In this document: piece after piece, positions 12,735-22,842 of the stretch
Position numbering within the stretch: the first letter of the stretch is position 1
Layout of the letters: every line of letters starts with the position of its first letter
NCBI GenBank assembly: GCA_002269645.1
Contig: NIVC01001683.1
Location: forward strand, 1 to 33,337
Length of the DNA: 33,337 nt
Direction: 5' to 3'
Origin: Macrostomum lignano
Lineage: Eukaryota
Made by a program: the position numbers and the translations under genes
Notes under the pieces: model-generated
Databases searched by the model: none
Told to the model about the DNA's origin: nothing
The model's input: only the letters and a program-made list of their open reading frames with translations

Positions 12735-12814
12735 AGTAGGCGGAATAGCCGCAGTGTAGGCACTAGGACTAGGTTTAGGCTAGGCGTAAGGTCCCAGGTT
12801 CGAGTCCACCTACT
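12735..12814 (+). other. tRNA-like/SINE-like fragment
   Basis: B box GGTTCGAGTCC (12797-12807) and complementary ends AGTAGG/CCTACT. The middle is degenerate. Confidence 0.3.
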
Positions 12815-14271
12815 CGGTGGATGATTAAAACAAATTAATTCATTCATTTGTAGCTTGTGACTCGACTGAATATAACATATTTTTTATTAATTTTAATTCC
12901 AACATTTTTTTATTAATGCAAATTAATTTTTGCTACTTGGCACAAGCCACTTACCAAATTTGATTTAAAAAAACTGCTTCGTGTATTACTGATCCCATCA
13001 ATGAGTACTGCCTAGCTCCATGAAAGTATGAAATTGCTATTAAACTGCAGACTTTTCTGCTAAAATTGGTTATAAGTATTGCTAAATTTTGAGCTTTTTA
13101 AGAATGCCGATATGAATTGAAAATTGATTAGTGAGCCGTAAAATGCTGAGCACATTTTTATATTATTGGAGATGAGAACTGCAGATGCTGAGGGGAACAC
13201 TGCAGATTGTCGAAGCTATCATTCATGCACAGTGGATACTTGCAGGCTGCTAAGAGTATGACTGCAGTCTGTTTGCGGGATTAGAAGTGATAGCTAATTT
13301 CAGGTTGTTGTGGAGATAACTGCCGATTTCTGGGGGGAGGGGTTAACTTCAAACTGCTGAAGTTACTAAACCTCTTGAATAGTATAAGGCTTTTAGTAGA
13401 AGGTCGGAAGCTCGAGTCTACATTGGAGCAGCGAATTTATCTTTGTGACAATAATCATTGTTTTTTATGAGGATTCATGCCAATTTTTCACATTTTAATT
13501 TTGTAGATACTTTTGCTGGGGCTACGCTAAGCTTTAAGAGCAGCGCTAATCGGGGAGAGCAGTGCTAATCTGATGTACAAAATAAAATAATAAATATGTA
13601 AGGGGATTACAAATCAACTTTAACCTGCAAGTTGCAAAAACATTTCCAATTGTTTCGATTATCCAGAAGAAACATGGCCATAGGCAAATATTAGTGCTGT
13701 GCTGGTGAAGCATTGCTGAAATGGTGGTGAACCATTGCTGAAATGCTGGTGAACCATTACTAAACTGCAGAAAGCTATTGTGAATTGTATTATTTTAATA
13801 CAAACTTCTTTTAGAAAGAAGAAAATGCAACGCAAGAAAAAGCGAACAAGAATCATCATGTTAATCATAAAAGAAGCGCTCTGTCGAATGTAAAAGTCTC
13901 ATAGGCAATTGTGAAGACTGTTAAGATCGCTAAGACTATTGCTACGAGCACAATGCTGCTATGACAAATTGCTGTGATATCAAGACTCATGGGAGAATTT
14001 ATAAGATCTCAAGACTCAAGGGGAATTGCTATAATTACGAGTGTATGTCATTCTGGAGAGAATTTCTTTGATTTCAAGGTTCATTTGTCAAACTTCTGGG
14101 GTATCAAGGCTCATTAAAAATGCTTTGCTGTCAAGGCCTATACGCTCGTAGAGATAACTACTGGAATGCTGTGGCTGTTTTCGGAATTGCCGACATTGTT
14201 AGGGTAAGAGTAAGGCGTAAACCATAAATGAATTGGCCTTTCAAACGTAAGACTCATCGAGGAATGTCATA

Positions 14272-15517
14272 GCTCATGGGGATATCTGAATTATACTGTG
14301 GCTCAAGGAGCTCATGGGGGATATCTGAATTGTACTGTGGCTCAAGGAGCTCATGGGGGATATCTGAATTATACTGTGGCTCAAGGAGCTCATGGGGGAT
14401 ATCTGAATTATACTGTGGCTCAAGGAGCTCATGGGGGATATCTGAATTATACTGTGGCTCAAGGAGCTCATGGGGGATATCTGAATTATACTGTGGCTCA
14501 AGGAGCTCATGGGGGATATCTGAATTATACTGTGGCTCAAGGAGCTCATGGGGGATATCTGAATTATACTGTGGCTCAAGGAGCTCATGGGGGATATCTG
14601 AATTATACTGTGGCTCAAGGAGCTCATGGGGGATATCTGAATTATACTGTGGCTCAAGGAGCTCATGGGGGATATCTGAATTATACTGTGGCTCAAGGAG
14701 CTCATGGGGGATATCTGAATTATACTGTGGCTCAAGGAGCTCATGGGGGATATCTGAATTATACTGTGGCTCAAGGAGCTCATGGGGGATATCTGAATTA
14801 TACTGTGGCTCAAGGAGCTCATGGGGGATATCTGAATTATACTGTGGCTCAAGGAGCTCATGGGGGATATCTGAATTATACTGTGGCTCAAGGAGCTCAT
14901 GGGGGATATCTGAATTATACTGTGGCTCAAGGAGCTCATGGGGGATATCTGAATTATACTGTGGCTCAAGGAGCTCATGGGGGATATCTGAATTATACTG
15001 TGGCTCAAGGAGCTCATGGGGGATATCTGAATTATACTGTGGCTCAAGGAGCTCATGGGGGATATCTGAATTATACTGTGGCTCAAGGAGCTCATGGGGG
15101 ATATCTGAATTATACTGTGGCTCAAGGAGCTCATGGGGGATATCTGAATTATACTGTGGCTCAAGGAGCTCATGGGGGATATCTGAATTATACTGTGGCT
15201 CAAGGAGCTCATGGGGGATATCTGAATTATACTGTGGCTCAAGGAGCTCATGGGGGATATCTGAATTATACTGTGGCTCAAGGAGCTCATGGGGGATATC
15301 TGAATTATACTGTGGCTCAAGGAGCTCATGGGGGATATCTGAATTATACTGTGGCTCAAGGAGCTCATGGGGGATATCTGAATTATACTGTGGCTCAAGG
15401 AGCTCATGGGGGATATCTGAATTATACTGTGGCTCAAGGAGCTCATGGGGGATATCTGAATTATACTGTGGCTCAAGGAGCTCATGGGGGATATCTGAAT
15501 TATACTGTGGCTCAAGG
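14272..15517. repeat. 39-bp satellite, about 32 near-identical copies (GCTCATGGGGGATATCTGAATTATACTGTGGCTCAAGGA)
   Basis: Period 39 from 14310 to 15480, matching the 13-aa periodicity in the overlapping ORFs. Confidence 0.98.
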
Positions 15518-16399
15518 CTCAACAGGAATTGCTGTGATCGCAATACATGTGAATGTGGCCAAAATTTATGGCTCAAATAGGAGTTTCTAAGATGTCAAAG
15601 CTTACGGTGGGATTCCTGTAATGCTTTAGGCTGTGACTCTGCTGAGATGCTAAGATTCACAGGGAAATGACCGGGATTTCAAAGGCTTCTAAAGGAAATA
15701 GCTGAAATTCACTAAATGTCAAGGTTCATTAGGTAATTGCTAAAATGCAAGTGCCAAAATATCAAAAGGATAGTCGCTCAATTTTCAGGCTCATGGGGAA
15801 ATTGCTAACATTTCCAAAGCTCATTGGGGAATTGCTGAAATCCGGCTGCAGGTTAAGGGTTATGGTTTTGGTTCAGTTATAGAGCGATCGTCGTGTCAAT
15901 CATTAATGATTCATCGAGGAATTGCTAAGATTAAATGCTTTTGGGGCGAATTACTTAAATGCTTTGGCTCTACGAGGAGTTGCTGACAGGTCAAGGCTTT
16001 CGGTAAAATTCAGGTTACAAAGCTTATAACTGAGGAGGTTACCTTAATGCTGAGACTCAAGGCTCATGGTGGAAATTGCTAACATGCCAAGACTTACTTC
16101 TGCGTTAGGGTTAGGGGCTTAGGTGAGTTTTGGTTCCATCTTAGATTAACGGCTGTCAACCATCAATTAAAGACTTGCTAAGATATCAAAGCTCATGGGG
16201 GAATCGCTGAGTTACAAGGCTCATAAAGAAACTGCTGAATTATCAAGGCTTATAAGGGGATTGCTGAATTCTTGGGAGAGGAGAGTCGGGTTGTTGGGAT
16301 GTCAAGGCATACTGCGCTGGAAGACTTGCGTAGATGTCGAGGCTTGAGTTTAATTGCTGCGATGTCGAGGCTTAATGAGGGAACTGCTGAGACACCAAG

Positions 16400-16950
16400 G
16401 CTTTCTGGAGGAATTCTGAGATTTCAAGGCTTACTGGGGGAATTGCTGAATGGTTGAGATGTCAAGGCTTACTGGGGGGATTGCTGAGATATCAAGGCTT
16501 ACTGAGGGAATTGCTGATATGTCGAGGCTTACGAGGGGAATTGCTGAGGTGTCAAGGCTTACTGGGGGGAATTGCTGAGATGTCAAGTCCTACTGGGAAT
16601 GGCTAAGATTTCAATGCTTACTGGGGGAATTACTGAGATGTCAAAGCTTACACTGGGAATTGCTGAGATCTCAGAGCATACTGAGGGAATTTCTGAGATG
16701 TCAAGGCTTACTGGGGGAATTACTGAGATGTCAAAGCTTACTGGGGAATTGCTGAGATCTCAGAGCTTACGGGGCTAATTGCTGAGATCTCAAGGCTTTA
16801 CTGGGGCAGTTGCTGAGATTTTAAGGCTTACTGGGGGAATTTCTGAGAGCTCAAGGCTTACTGGGGGAATTGCTGAGATCTCAGAGCTTACGGGGGAATT
16901 GCTGAGAAGTTAAGGCTTACTGGGGGAATGGCTGAGATGTCAAGGCTCAT
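16400..16950. repeat. Degenerate 30-bp satellite (CAAGGCTTACTGGGGGAATTGCTGAGATGT)
   Basis: The unit repeats throughout this interval. More diverged copies occur at about 13930-14270, 15520-16400, 18700-19260 and 19900-20010. Confidence 0.9.
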
Positions 16951-18093
16951 GGACGATGGCTGAATTGTTGGAGGGAGGGGGGTTAGTTTGTTAGGCGATT
17001 GTCAGATAGTCACGTTGTACAGCTCAAGTAGCTCATGTGTCATGTAATTCAGATAATGAAATAGTACACACAAGTGATGCTGATTTCTGCTAATAGGATA
17101 TACCAGTGCATTCATTAAAGCTTTGATTCTTTGATTTAGGCTAATATAGAGAGAGGGTCTAAGACCATCCAGGATTTGCATATTGAGCTCCTTCCAGTGA
17201 CGATATTCAGTAATAGTTTGTGCTTGAAAGGATAAGCACTATTTGCTGATTTAGAAAGGGTTTTGGGCTGATGAAGGAAACTGTTTTGGCTGATGAAAGT
17301 TCTGATTCATGGATGTTTATTTTTGCCGAAATGAGAAAAGGTAATTTTTGATTTATGGAAAACAACATTTTGGATACTTATAGTAAGGTTACTCTTGTGC
17401 CAAAATAAAAACCAATTGGTGTCATTTTCAAGGCTCCCCAGCGGGGGGCTAAATGGCTAGTCCTATATACTAAAAATGGTCTGTCTGTGTCTATCTATCT
17501 ATCTATCTATCTATGTGATCGATTAGAGAAAAAATGGCTGGACCGATTTTGTTCGAACTTGCACTGTTCGATCAGAAATTTTCCCGTGACGGTACATGCA
17601 TCGTGGCTAAGAAATTGCTCGATGCTAAAGGCATTAAATATTCGAAAAACATGCTTTTTTGCAAAGGTCAAGCAAACTTTTTGACTTGAAAAATGCATTG
17701 TAAGAATGCTAGAGAAAAAAATGACTGGTTGAATTCTGACTCTGAAATAGATTGCATCATAACTGAATTGTAACTCCGACTTGAATTGAAAATGCAGTGT
17801 GGAAGCGTAGCACCAGACTTGATTTAAATTGCGTAACCATATTGTTAACTGATACTGACTGACTGAGAAACTGATTATGTCATAACTGCTTCGTGTGATT
17901 TACTCTATGCTTGGATTTAAAAGTGTTGAGTTATATAAGTGCAAAAGTTGATGTTATCAAAACGATGAGAGCTAGCCTAAAGGTGAACAAATTGAACTGC
18001 TAAATGCAGTGACGATGGTTTGAATTTTCATAGAGTATAATTTTTTTAATTAAAGCTTTTCAACGTCAGGAAAACTAAAAGACTTTTTAAAAA

Positions 18094-18670
18094 GAAGCGT
18101 CATGTAAAAATCATAGAAGCGTCATTTAAACAATCATAGAAGCGTCATGTAAAAATCATAGAAGCGTCATGTAAACAATCATAGAAGCGTCATGTAAAAA
18201 TCATAGAAGCGTCATGTAAACAATCATAGAAGCGTCATGTAAACAATCATAGAAGCGTCATGTAAACAATCATAGAAGCGTCATGTAAACAATCATAGAA
18301 GCGTCATGTAAACAATCATAGAAGCGTCATGTAAAAATCATAGAAGCGTCAAGAAAACAATCATAGAAGCGTCATGTAAAAATCATTGAAGCGTCATGTA
18401 AACAACCATAGAAGCGTCATATAAAACTCATAGAAGCGTCATGTAAAAAATCGTAGAAGCGTCATGTAAACAATCATAGAAGCGTCATGTAAACAATCAT
18501 AGAAGCGTCATGTAAACAAGCATAGAAGCGTCATGTAAAAATCATAGAAGCGTCATGTAAAAATCATAGAAGCGTCAAGAAAAAATCATAGAAGCCTCAT
18601 TTAAAACTAATGAAAGTGTCATTTAAAAAATTAAGAAGCGTCACGGTAGAATAAAAGAAACGTCATGTCA
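18094..18670. repeat. 22-23 bp minisatellite, about 25 copies (GAAGCGTCATGTAAA[C]AATCATA)
   Basis: GAAGC recurs at 18094, 18116, 18139 and onward. Confidence 0.95.
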
Positions 18671-19449
18671 GACATGAAGGGTTCATGTAAAAATTAAATG
18701 CAACTATAATGCTGTGCTGGGGAGAAAAACTGAGACGTCAAGGCTCACAGAGAATAACTGAGATTACGGGGGGGGGGGTTTCTGAGATGTCAAAGCAAAA
18801 GTCAGAAGCTACTTCAAAGTTCATGTACTTTACTCCATTTTTTATTGCATTCTTTGTTGGCTCGTCACGGGGGGGCGCTGATAGAAGAAAAGTCATGTAA
18901 AAAATAAAAGTAGCACTATGTATACATAAAGAAAAGTCATGTCGAAGTTAAAAGATTCATTTGGGAATTGCTACGATGTCAAAGCTTGGTGGAAATCGTT
19001 ATAGTGCTGTGATTCTTAAAGAAAGAATCACTAAAATGTCAAGGCTTAGGGGAGAAGAATTGCTGAGATTTCAAGGCTTTAGGTTGGGTTAAAGTTAGGT
19101 TTAGGTCAGGTGTGGGTTGAGGGTTATATTTTATCGGGTTTCAAGGTTAACAGGGGATTTTTTAGATTTCAAGGTTTATGGGGGCCATTGCTGACATGTC
19201 AAGGCTTACGGGGGGAATAGCTGAGATGTCAAGGCTCACGGGGGTATAAATGAGATATCAAGGCTAAAGTCAGAAGCTACATGTAGTTTATTGAAAACTT
19301 TTTATTACATTATTTGATGCCTCCTCAGGGGAGGGATCGCTGATAAAAAAGCGTAATGTAAAAAATAAAAGAAGCTTCATGTCGAAGTTAAGAGATTCAT
19401 TTGGGAATCCCTACGATGTTGAGGCTTGCAAGGAATCGCTATAATGCTG

Positions 19450-19788
19450 CAGGGGCGTAGCCAGGAATTTTGTTTGGGGGGGGGCCTTGAGTTAGGGGGC
19501 GCCAGCTTCTTATAGGGGGGGGCGCCAGTTTCTTGTAGGGGGGGCGCCAGTTTCTTTTAGGGGGGCGCCAGTTTCTTTTAGGGGGCGCCAGTTTCTTTTA
19601 GGGGGGCGCCAGTTTATTTTAGGGCGGGCGCCAGTTTCTTATAGGGGGCGCCAGTTTCTTTTAGGAGGGGGGGCGCCAGTTTCTTTAAGGGGGGCGCCAG
19701 TTTCTTTTAGGGGGGGGCGCCAAGGCCAGAGTTGGTGATTATGGGGGGGGCCACGGCCCCCCTTGCCCCCCCTCTGGTTACGCCCCTG
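19450..19788. mobile_element. hAT-type MITE (339 bp) with internal GGGGGCGCCAGTTTCTTTTAG repeats
   Basis: TIRs CAGGGGCGTAGCCAG / CTGGTTACGCCCCTG (14/15 match) and 8-bp TSD TAATGCTG at 19442-19449 and 19789-19796. Confidence 0.88.
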
Positions 19789-19845
19789 TAATGCTGTAGT
19801 AGTGCTATAATGACTCTTAGAGAGAATTACTGAAATTTCAATGCT

Positions 19846-19890
19846 TTAGGGTTAGGGTTAGGGTTAGGGTTAGGCTAGGGTTAGGGTTAG
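19846..19890 (+). repeat. Interstitial telomere-like (TTAGGG)n, about 7 units
   Basis: TTAGGGTTAGGGTTAGGGTTAGGGTTAGGCTAGGGTTAGGGTTAG. Confidence 0.85.
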
Positions 19891-20430
19891 AAGGTTGACA
19901 GATATTTTTAGATTTCCAAGGCTTATTGGGGGCATTGCTGAGATGTCAAGGGGGGAAGTTAATATGTTAAAGCTTGTGAGGGGGATAACTGACATGTCAA
20001 GGCTTACAAGGTTTGACAGGAGATTTTTTAAGATTTTAAGGATACATGTAGCTTATTAAAAAAAACTTGTATTGCATTTCTTTGGCTCCCCAACGGGGGG
20101 CGTAGATTGCTAGTTTGGGGCTAAATTGGAATCTCGGCTTGGCTCTGCTCGTGCAATTAACGGCTATAGGACCAACCCCCCCCCCCAAGGCACAGTGAAG
20201 TGTACATGCCAAACGATAAAATAAAGTTAGGGCCACTGTACACTCCTGTGTGAGTGTGTGCCTGTGCGTATGACTGCGTACGTATAGTACGTACGTACGT
20301 AGCAAAGAATTTTGGTCGCTTTGAGATTTTTAAGCTTTTGAAAGTTTGAGCTTATGAAACGTCCCTTTGTTACACCATTTGATCCTCTAAAAGATGAAGG
20401 CTGCTCCAACCCTGCCCCCCCCGCTCACAG

Positions 20431-20911
20431 CTTCGGCAACTACGGCTTCGGCACCGTGTCTGTGTCGGAGAACTCCACCAGCGGCTTGTTGAACGCCGCC
20501 TACGGCTCCGTGTTGTATGAACTGACCCCCGTGCGACTGGCTGGGGACACCGAGTCCCAGTACAGCTTCTTCCTCGCCATCCTGCGGCCAGGCGGCTTCC
20601 CGCTGCCACCGCCGGTGCTCGGGTCCAATGCCAGTCACGTGACTCTCCAGCCAGGCAGCCTGAACCCCCAGCTGGGCCAGCCGCTGACTCCGCTGTTCCT
20701 GCGAATCTCCTCAGCTGGTCAGGGACAGCCGGTGGTGATCAACTCGCCGGCTTTCGAGGCCACGGCTCGATTGGAGAAGGGCCTGCAGCCCGACAGCTGG
20801 CGGCGGCCGGTTCTGTGCCCGGTGGAGCCCAAGGCTGCGGGGGCGGTCACCGGGACTCTGCTGGCGACGGCGGCGGCTGCGGTGGCGGCGACAGCGGCAT
20901 TCAGCGGCTGA
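20431..20911 (+). CDS. Serine beta-lactamase/PBP-family hydrolase, exon 5 (DUF3471-like domain and GPI-like tail)
   Basis: C-rich CCCCCCGCTCACAG acceptor ending 20430 (AG+C=Ser) restores CVGSFGNYGFGTVSV, resembling the GTYxHxxYGxxxV start of DUF3471-type domains. Ends in a hydrophobic tail and TGA at 20909-20911. Five exons total 1836 nt, or 611 aa. AATAAA at 21510. Confidence 0.82.
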
Positions 20912-20938
20912 AGAAGCTGCTGAAGAAGCTGGAGATGA

Positions 20939-21205
20939 AGGATTAGAATCTGATAGCGATGGATTGGAATCTGAGGGTGGGATTGGAATCTGAGAATCTG
21001 AGGGTGATGGATTGGAATCTGAGGGTGGTGGATTGGAATCTGAGGGTGATGGATTGGAAGCTGAGGATAGATGGATTGGAATCTGATGCCGATGGATTGG
21101 AAGCTGAGGATAGATGGATTGGAATCTGATGCCGATGGATTGGAAGCTGAGGATAGATGGATTGGAATCTGATGCCGATGGATTGGAAGCTGAGGATAGA
21201 TGGGT
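20939..21205. repeat. 21-22 bp minisatellite (GATGGATTGGAATCTGAGGGT and variants) in the putative 3' UTR
   Basis: GGATTGGAA(T/G)CTGA core repeats, with alternating variants in the distal half. Confidence 0.9.
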
Positions 21206-21927
21206 AGAAGTATTGAAATCTGGCTTGAACCAGAACTTAGACATGTAAAGTTATGAAAGTTTTTATATTTATTCTGAAAATTCCGCTAGTGGCAAATCGC
21301 GACAATCTTTATAGGCTACTCATAGTACTCTGATGATACTTTTAGTCAGTAATTTTTTGAAGCATTACAAAAAACGTTTTACAATATCAGTAGGGTCAAA
21401 ATGTTGATACAAGTTAATTTATCAGAGTTCTGTTATTATTTTAGCAGTCGTTTAGTGAATATTTTGCTATTCATAATTATAAAAATTATAAAATCAACAT
21501 TAACGCACCAATAAATTTATATTTATTCAAATCACATATTTGTTTAAGCGCAATAATTTTATACAGTGGCTTACAAGTCAAATACACTTCATTATGTTAA
21601 TGCTGCCTCCGAAGCATGCTAAAGTTTCATTAATTAATTGGCTTGCTACCAGTATAAAAGTACAGAGAGCATTAAAAAGTTAAGCTTTCAATAATTTCGA
21701 AATTCGAAAATTACTAACAAGTGAAAATCAAAATAGTAGCAATATGATTGCTTTAATAGTGTTTTAATAAAAGCAGTTGCTCCGAACAAAACTTCAACTT
21801 TGCAGGAGCTCGAAACTAAAAACCAAAAAACTTGTTCAAGTCATAAGTTAACAGCAAATATGTTGTCATAATGGTAAGATTGATAATCAGAAACCCAGAA
21901 TTTTCCTTAATTTATAGGACTGAATCT

Positions 21928-22342
21928 TAGTAGCAATAGTTCCCGCTGTCCCAGTGCATCAGAACACATATTAGCGATAGTTCCCGCTGTCCCAGTGCAT
22001 CAGAACACATATTAGCAATAGTTCCCGCTGTCCCAGTGCATCAGAACACATAGTAGCGATAGTTCCCGCTGTCCCAGTGCATCAGAACACATAGTAGCGT
22101 TCCCGCTGTCCCAGTGCATCAGAACACATAGTAGCGATAGTTCCCGCTGTCCCAGTGCATCAGAACACATAGTAGCGATAGTTCCCGCTGTCCCAGTGCA
22201 TCAGAACACATAGTAGCGATAGTTCCCGCTGTCCCAGTGCATCAGAACACATAGTAGCGATAGTTCCCGCTGTCCCAGTGCATCAGAACACATAGTAGCG
22301 ATAGTTCCCGCTGTCCGCCCACATAGTAGCGATAGTTCCCGC
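21928..22342. repeat. 41-bp minisatellite, about 10 copies (TAGTAGCGATAGTTCCCGCTGTCCCAGTGCATCAGAACACA)
   Basis: Period 41 (AGTTCCCG at 21938, 21979 and onward). Overlaps the 3' end of the minus-strand RING gene. Confidence 0.95.
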
Positions 22343-22842
22343 TGTGTGCCAGTGCTGGCGCTCTTGTGGTGCCGGCCAAGAGACTGCAGCCACAACTGCA
22401 AGGTGATCCGCTGGCTATCCGAGAACCAGTCGCTGGCGTTGGCCGTGGCAACCAGCATATGCACCTCGGCGAGGTACTCGGAACTCGGATTGCCTCTGGC
22501 GTAGTTGTCATAGCAACGCTTCACCGAGTTGAATGCCCGCTCGGCGCTGACGTAATGTGGCCGGCGGCGCAGGTGGCGGGCGATGAACTGCGACAGGCGG
22601 GCGATGGACTGCGGGGCAAAGCCGTATTCATAGTCCAGATCGAACTCCGCCTGCGGCGCTGCGCTGGAGGCGGCAGCGACAGCGGCGGCAGCGGCTGAGG
22701 CTGAATGTCGACGCTGCTGCTCGAGCTCCGAGCGACTGATCTTCAGCTCCCGGTCGAGGGCCCGGGCTCGAGCTTCTGCTGCTGCTGCGTCCCGCCTAGC
22801 GACGGTCAGCTCCCACTGCAGGCGGGCAAGATCCGCCGCAGG
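22201..22842 (-). CDS. RNF151-like RING protein, C-terminal part (coiled coil and DLDYEYGF...HMLVATANASDWF domain)
   Basis: Open minus frame PAADLARLQWELTVARRD...EFDLDYEYGFAPQSIARLSQFIARHLRRRP...KRCYDNYARG...EVHMLVATANASDWFSDSQRITLQLWLQSL with GC-rich coding composition. It lies in a different frame from the RING part. Family resemblance is from recall, not a search. Confidence 0.7.
   Translation of the reverse strand, partial: PAADLARLQWELTVARRDAAAAEARARALDRELKISRSELEQQRRHSASAAAAAVAAASSAAPQAEFDLDYEYGFAPQSIARLSQFIARHLRRRPHYVSAERAFNSVKRCYDNYARGNPSSEYLAEVHMLVATANASDWFSDSQRITLQLWLQSLGRHHKSASTGTQRELSLLCGRTAGTIATMCSDALGQRELSLLCVLMHWDSGNYRYYVF

Larger units (their letters stand above)
11845..17460 (+). 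mobile_element. Non-autonomous Helitron-like element A
   Basis: 5' A|TCTAAATATACTAAA at 11845, duplicated at 11875. 3' GC hairpin GCTCCCC-AGC-GGGGGGC (17433-17449) followed by CTAG (17457-17460). The 5' region is homologous to that of element B. Confidence 0.6.
17461..20113 (+). mobile_element. Non-autonomous Helitron-like element B
   Basis: 5' TCCTATATACTAAAAATGG followed by a (TCTA)n microsatellite and GGCTGGACCGATTTT, typical of Lep1/HINE-type Helitron derivatives. 3' hairpin GCTCCCC-AAC-GGGGGGC (20085-20101), then CTAG (20110-20113), then T. Confidence 0.65.

Noticed and set aside
11766-12814. Functional tRNA genes
   Set aside because: Only A/B-box-like motifs are present. I could not fold a canonical cloverleaf or anticodon arm, so they are kept as low-confidence SINE-like fragments.
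14254-15590. Four overlapping 413-440 aa ORFs
   Set aside because: Translations of a 39-bp satellite that lacks stops in these frames. Both strands are open and the array lies in an intron.
20711-21244. 177-aa SDSNP-repeat ORF on the minus strand
   Set aside because: Derived from the 21-22 bp minisatellite and antisense to exon 5.
20880-22700. Similarity between GGCGGCGACAGCGGC stretches at the end of exon 5 and within the RING gene
   Set aside because: Low-complexity alanine codon runs; expected by chance.
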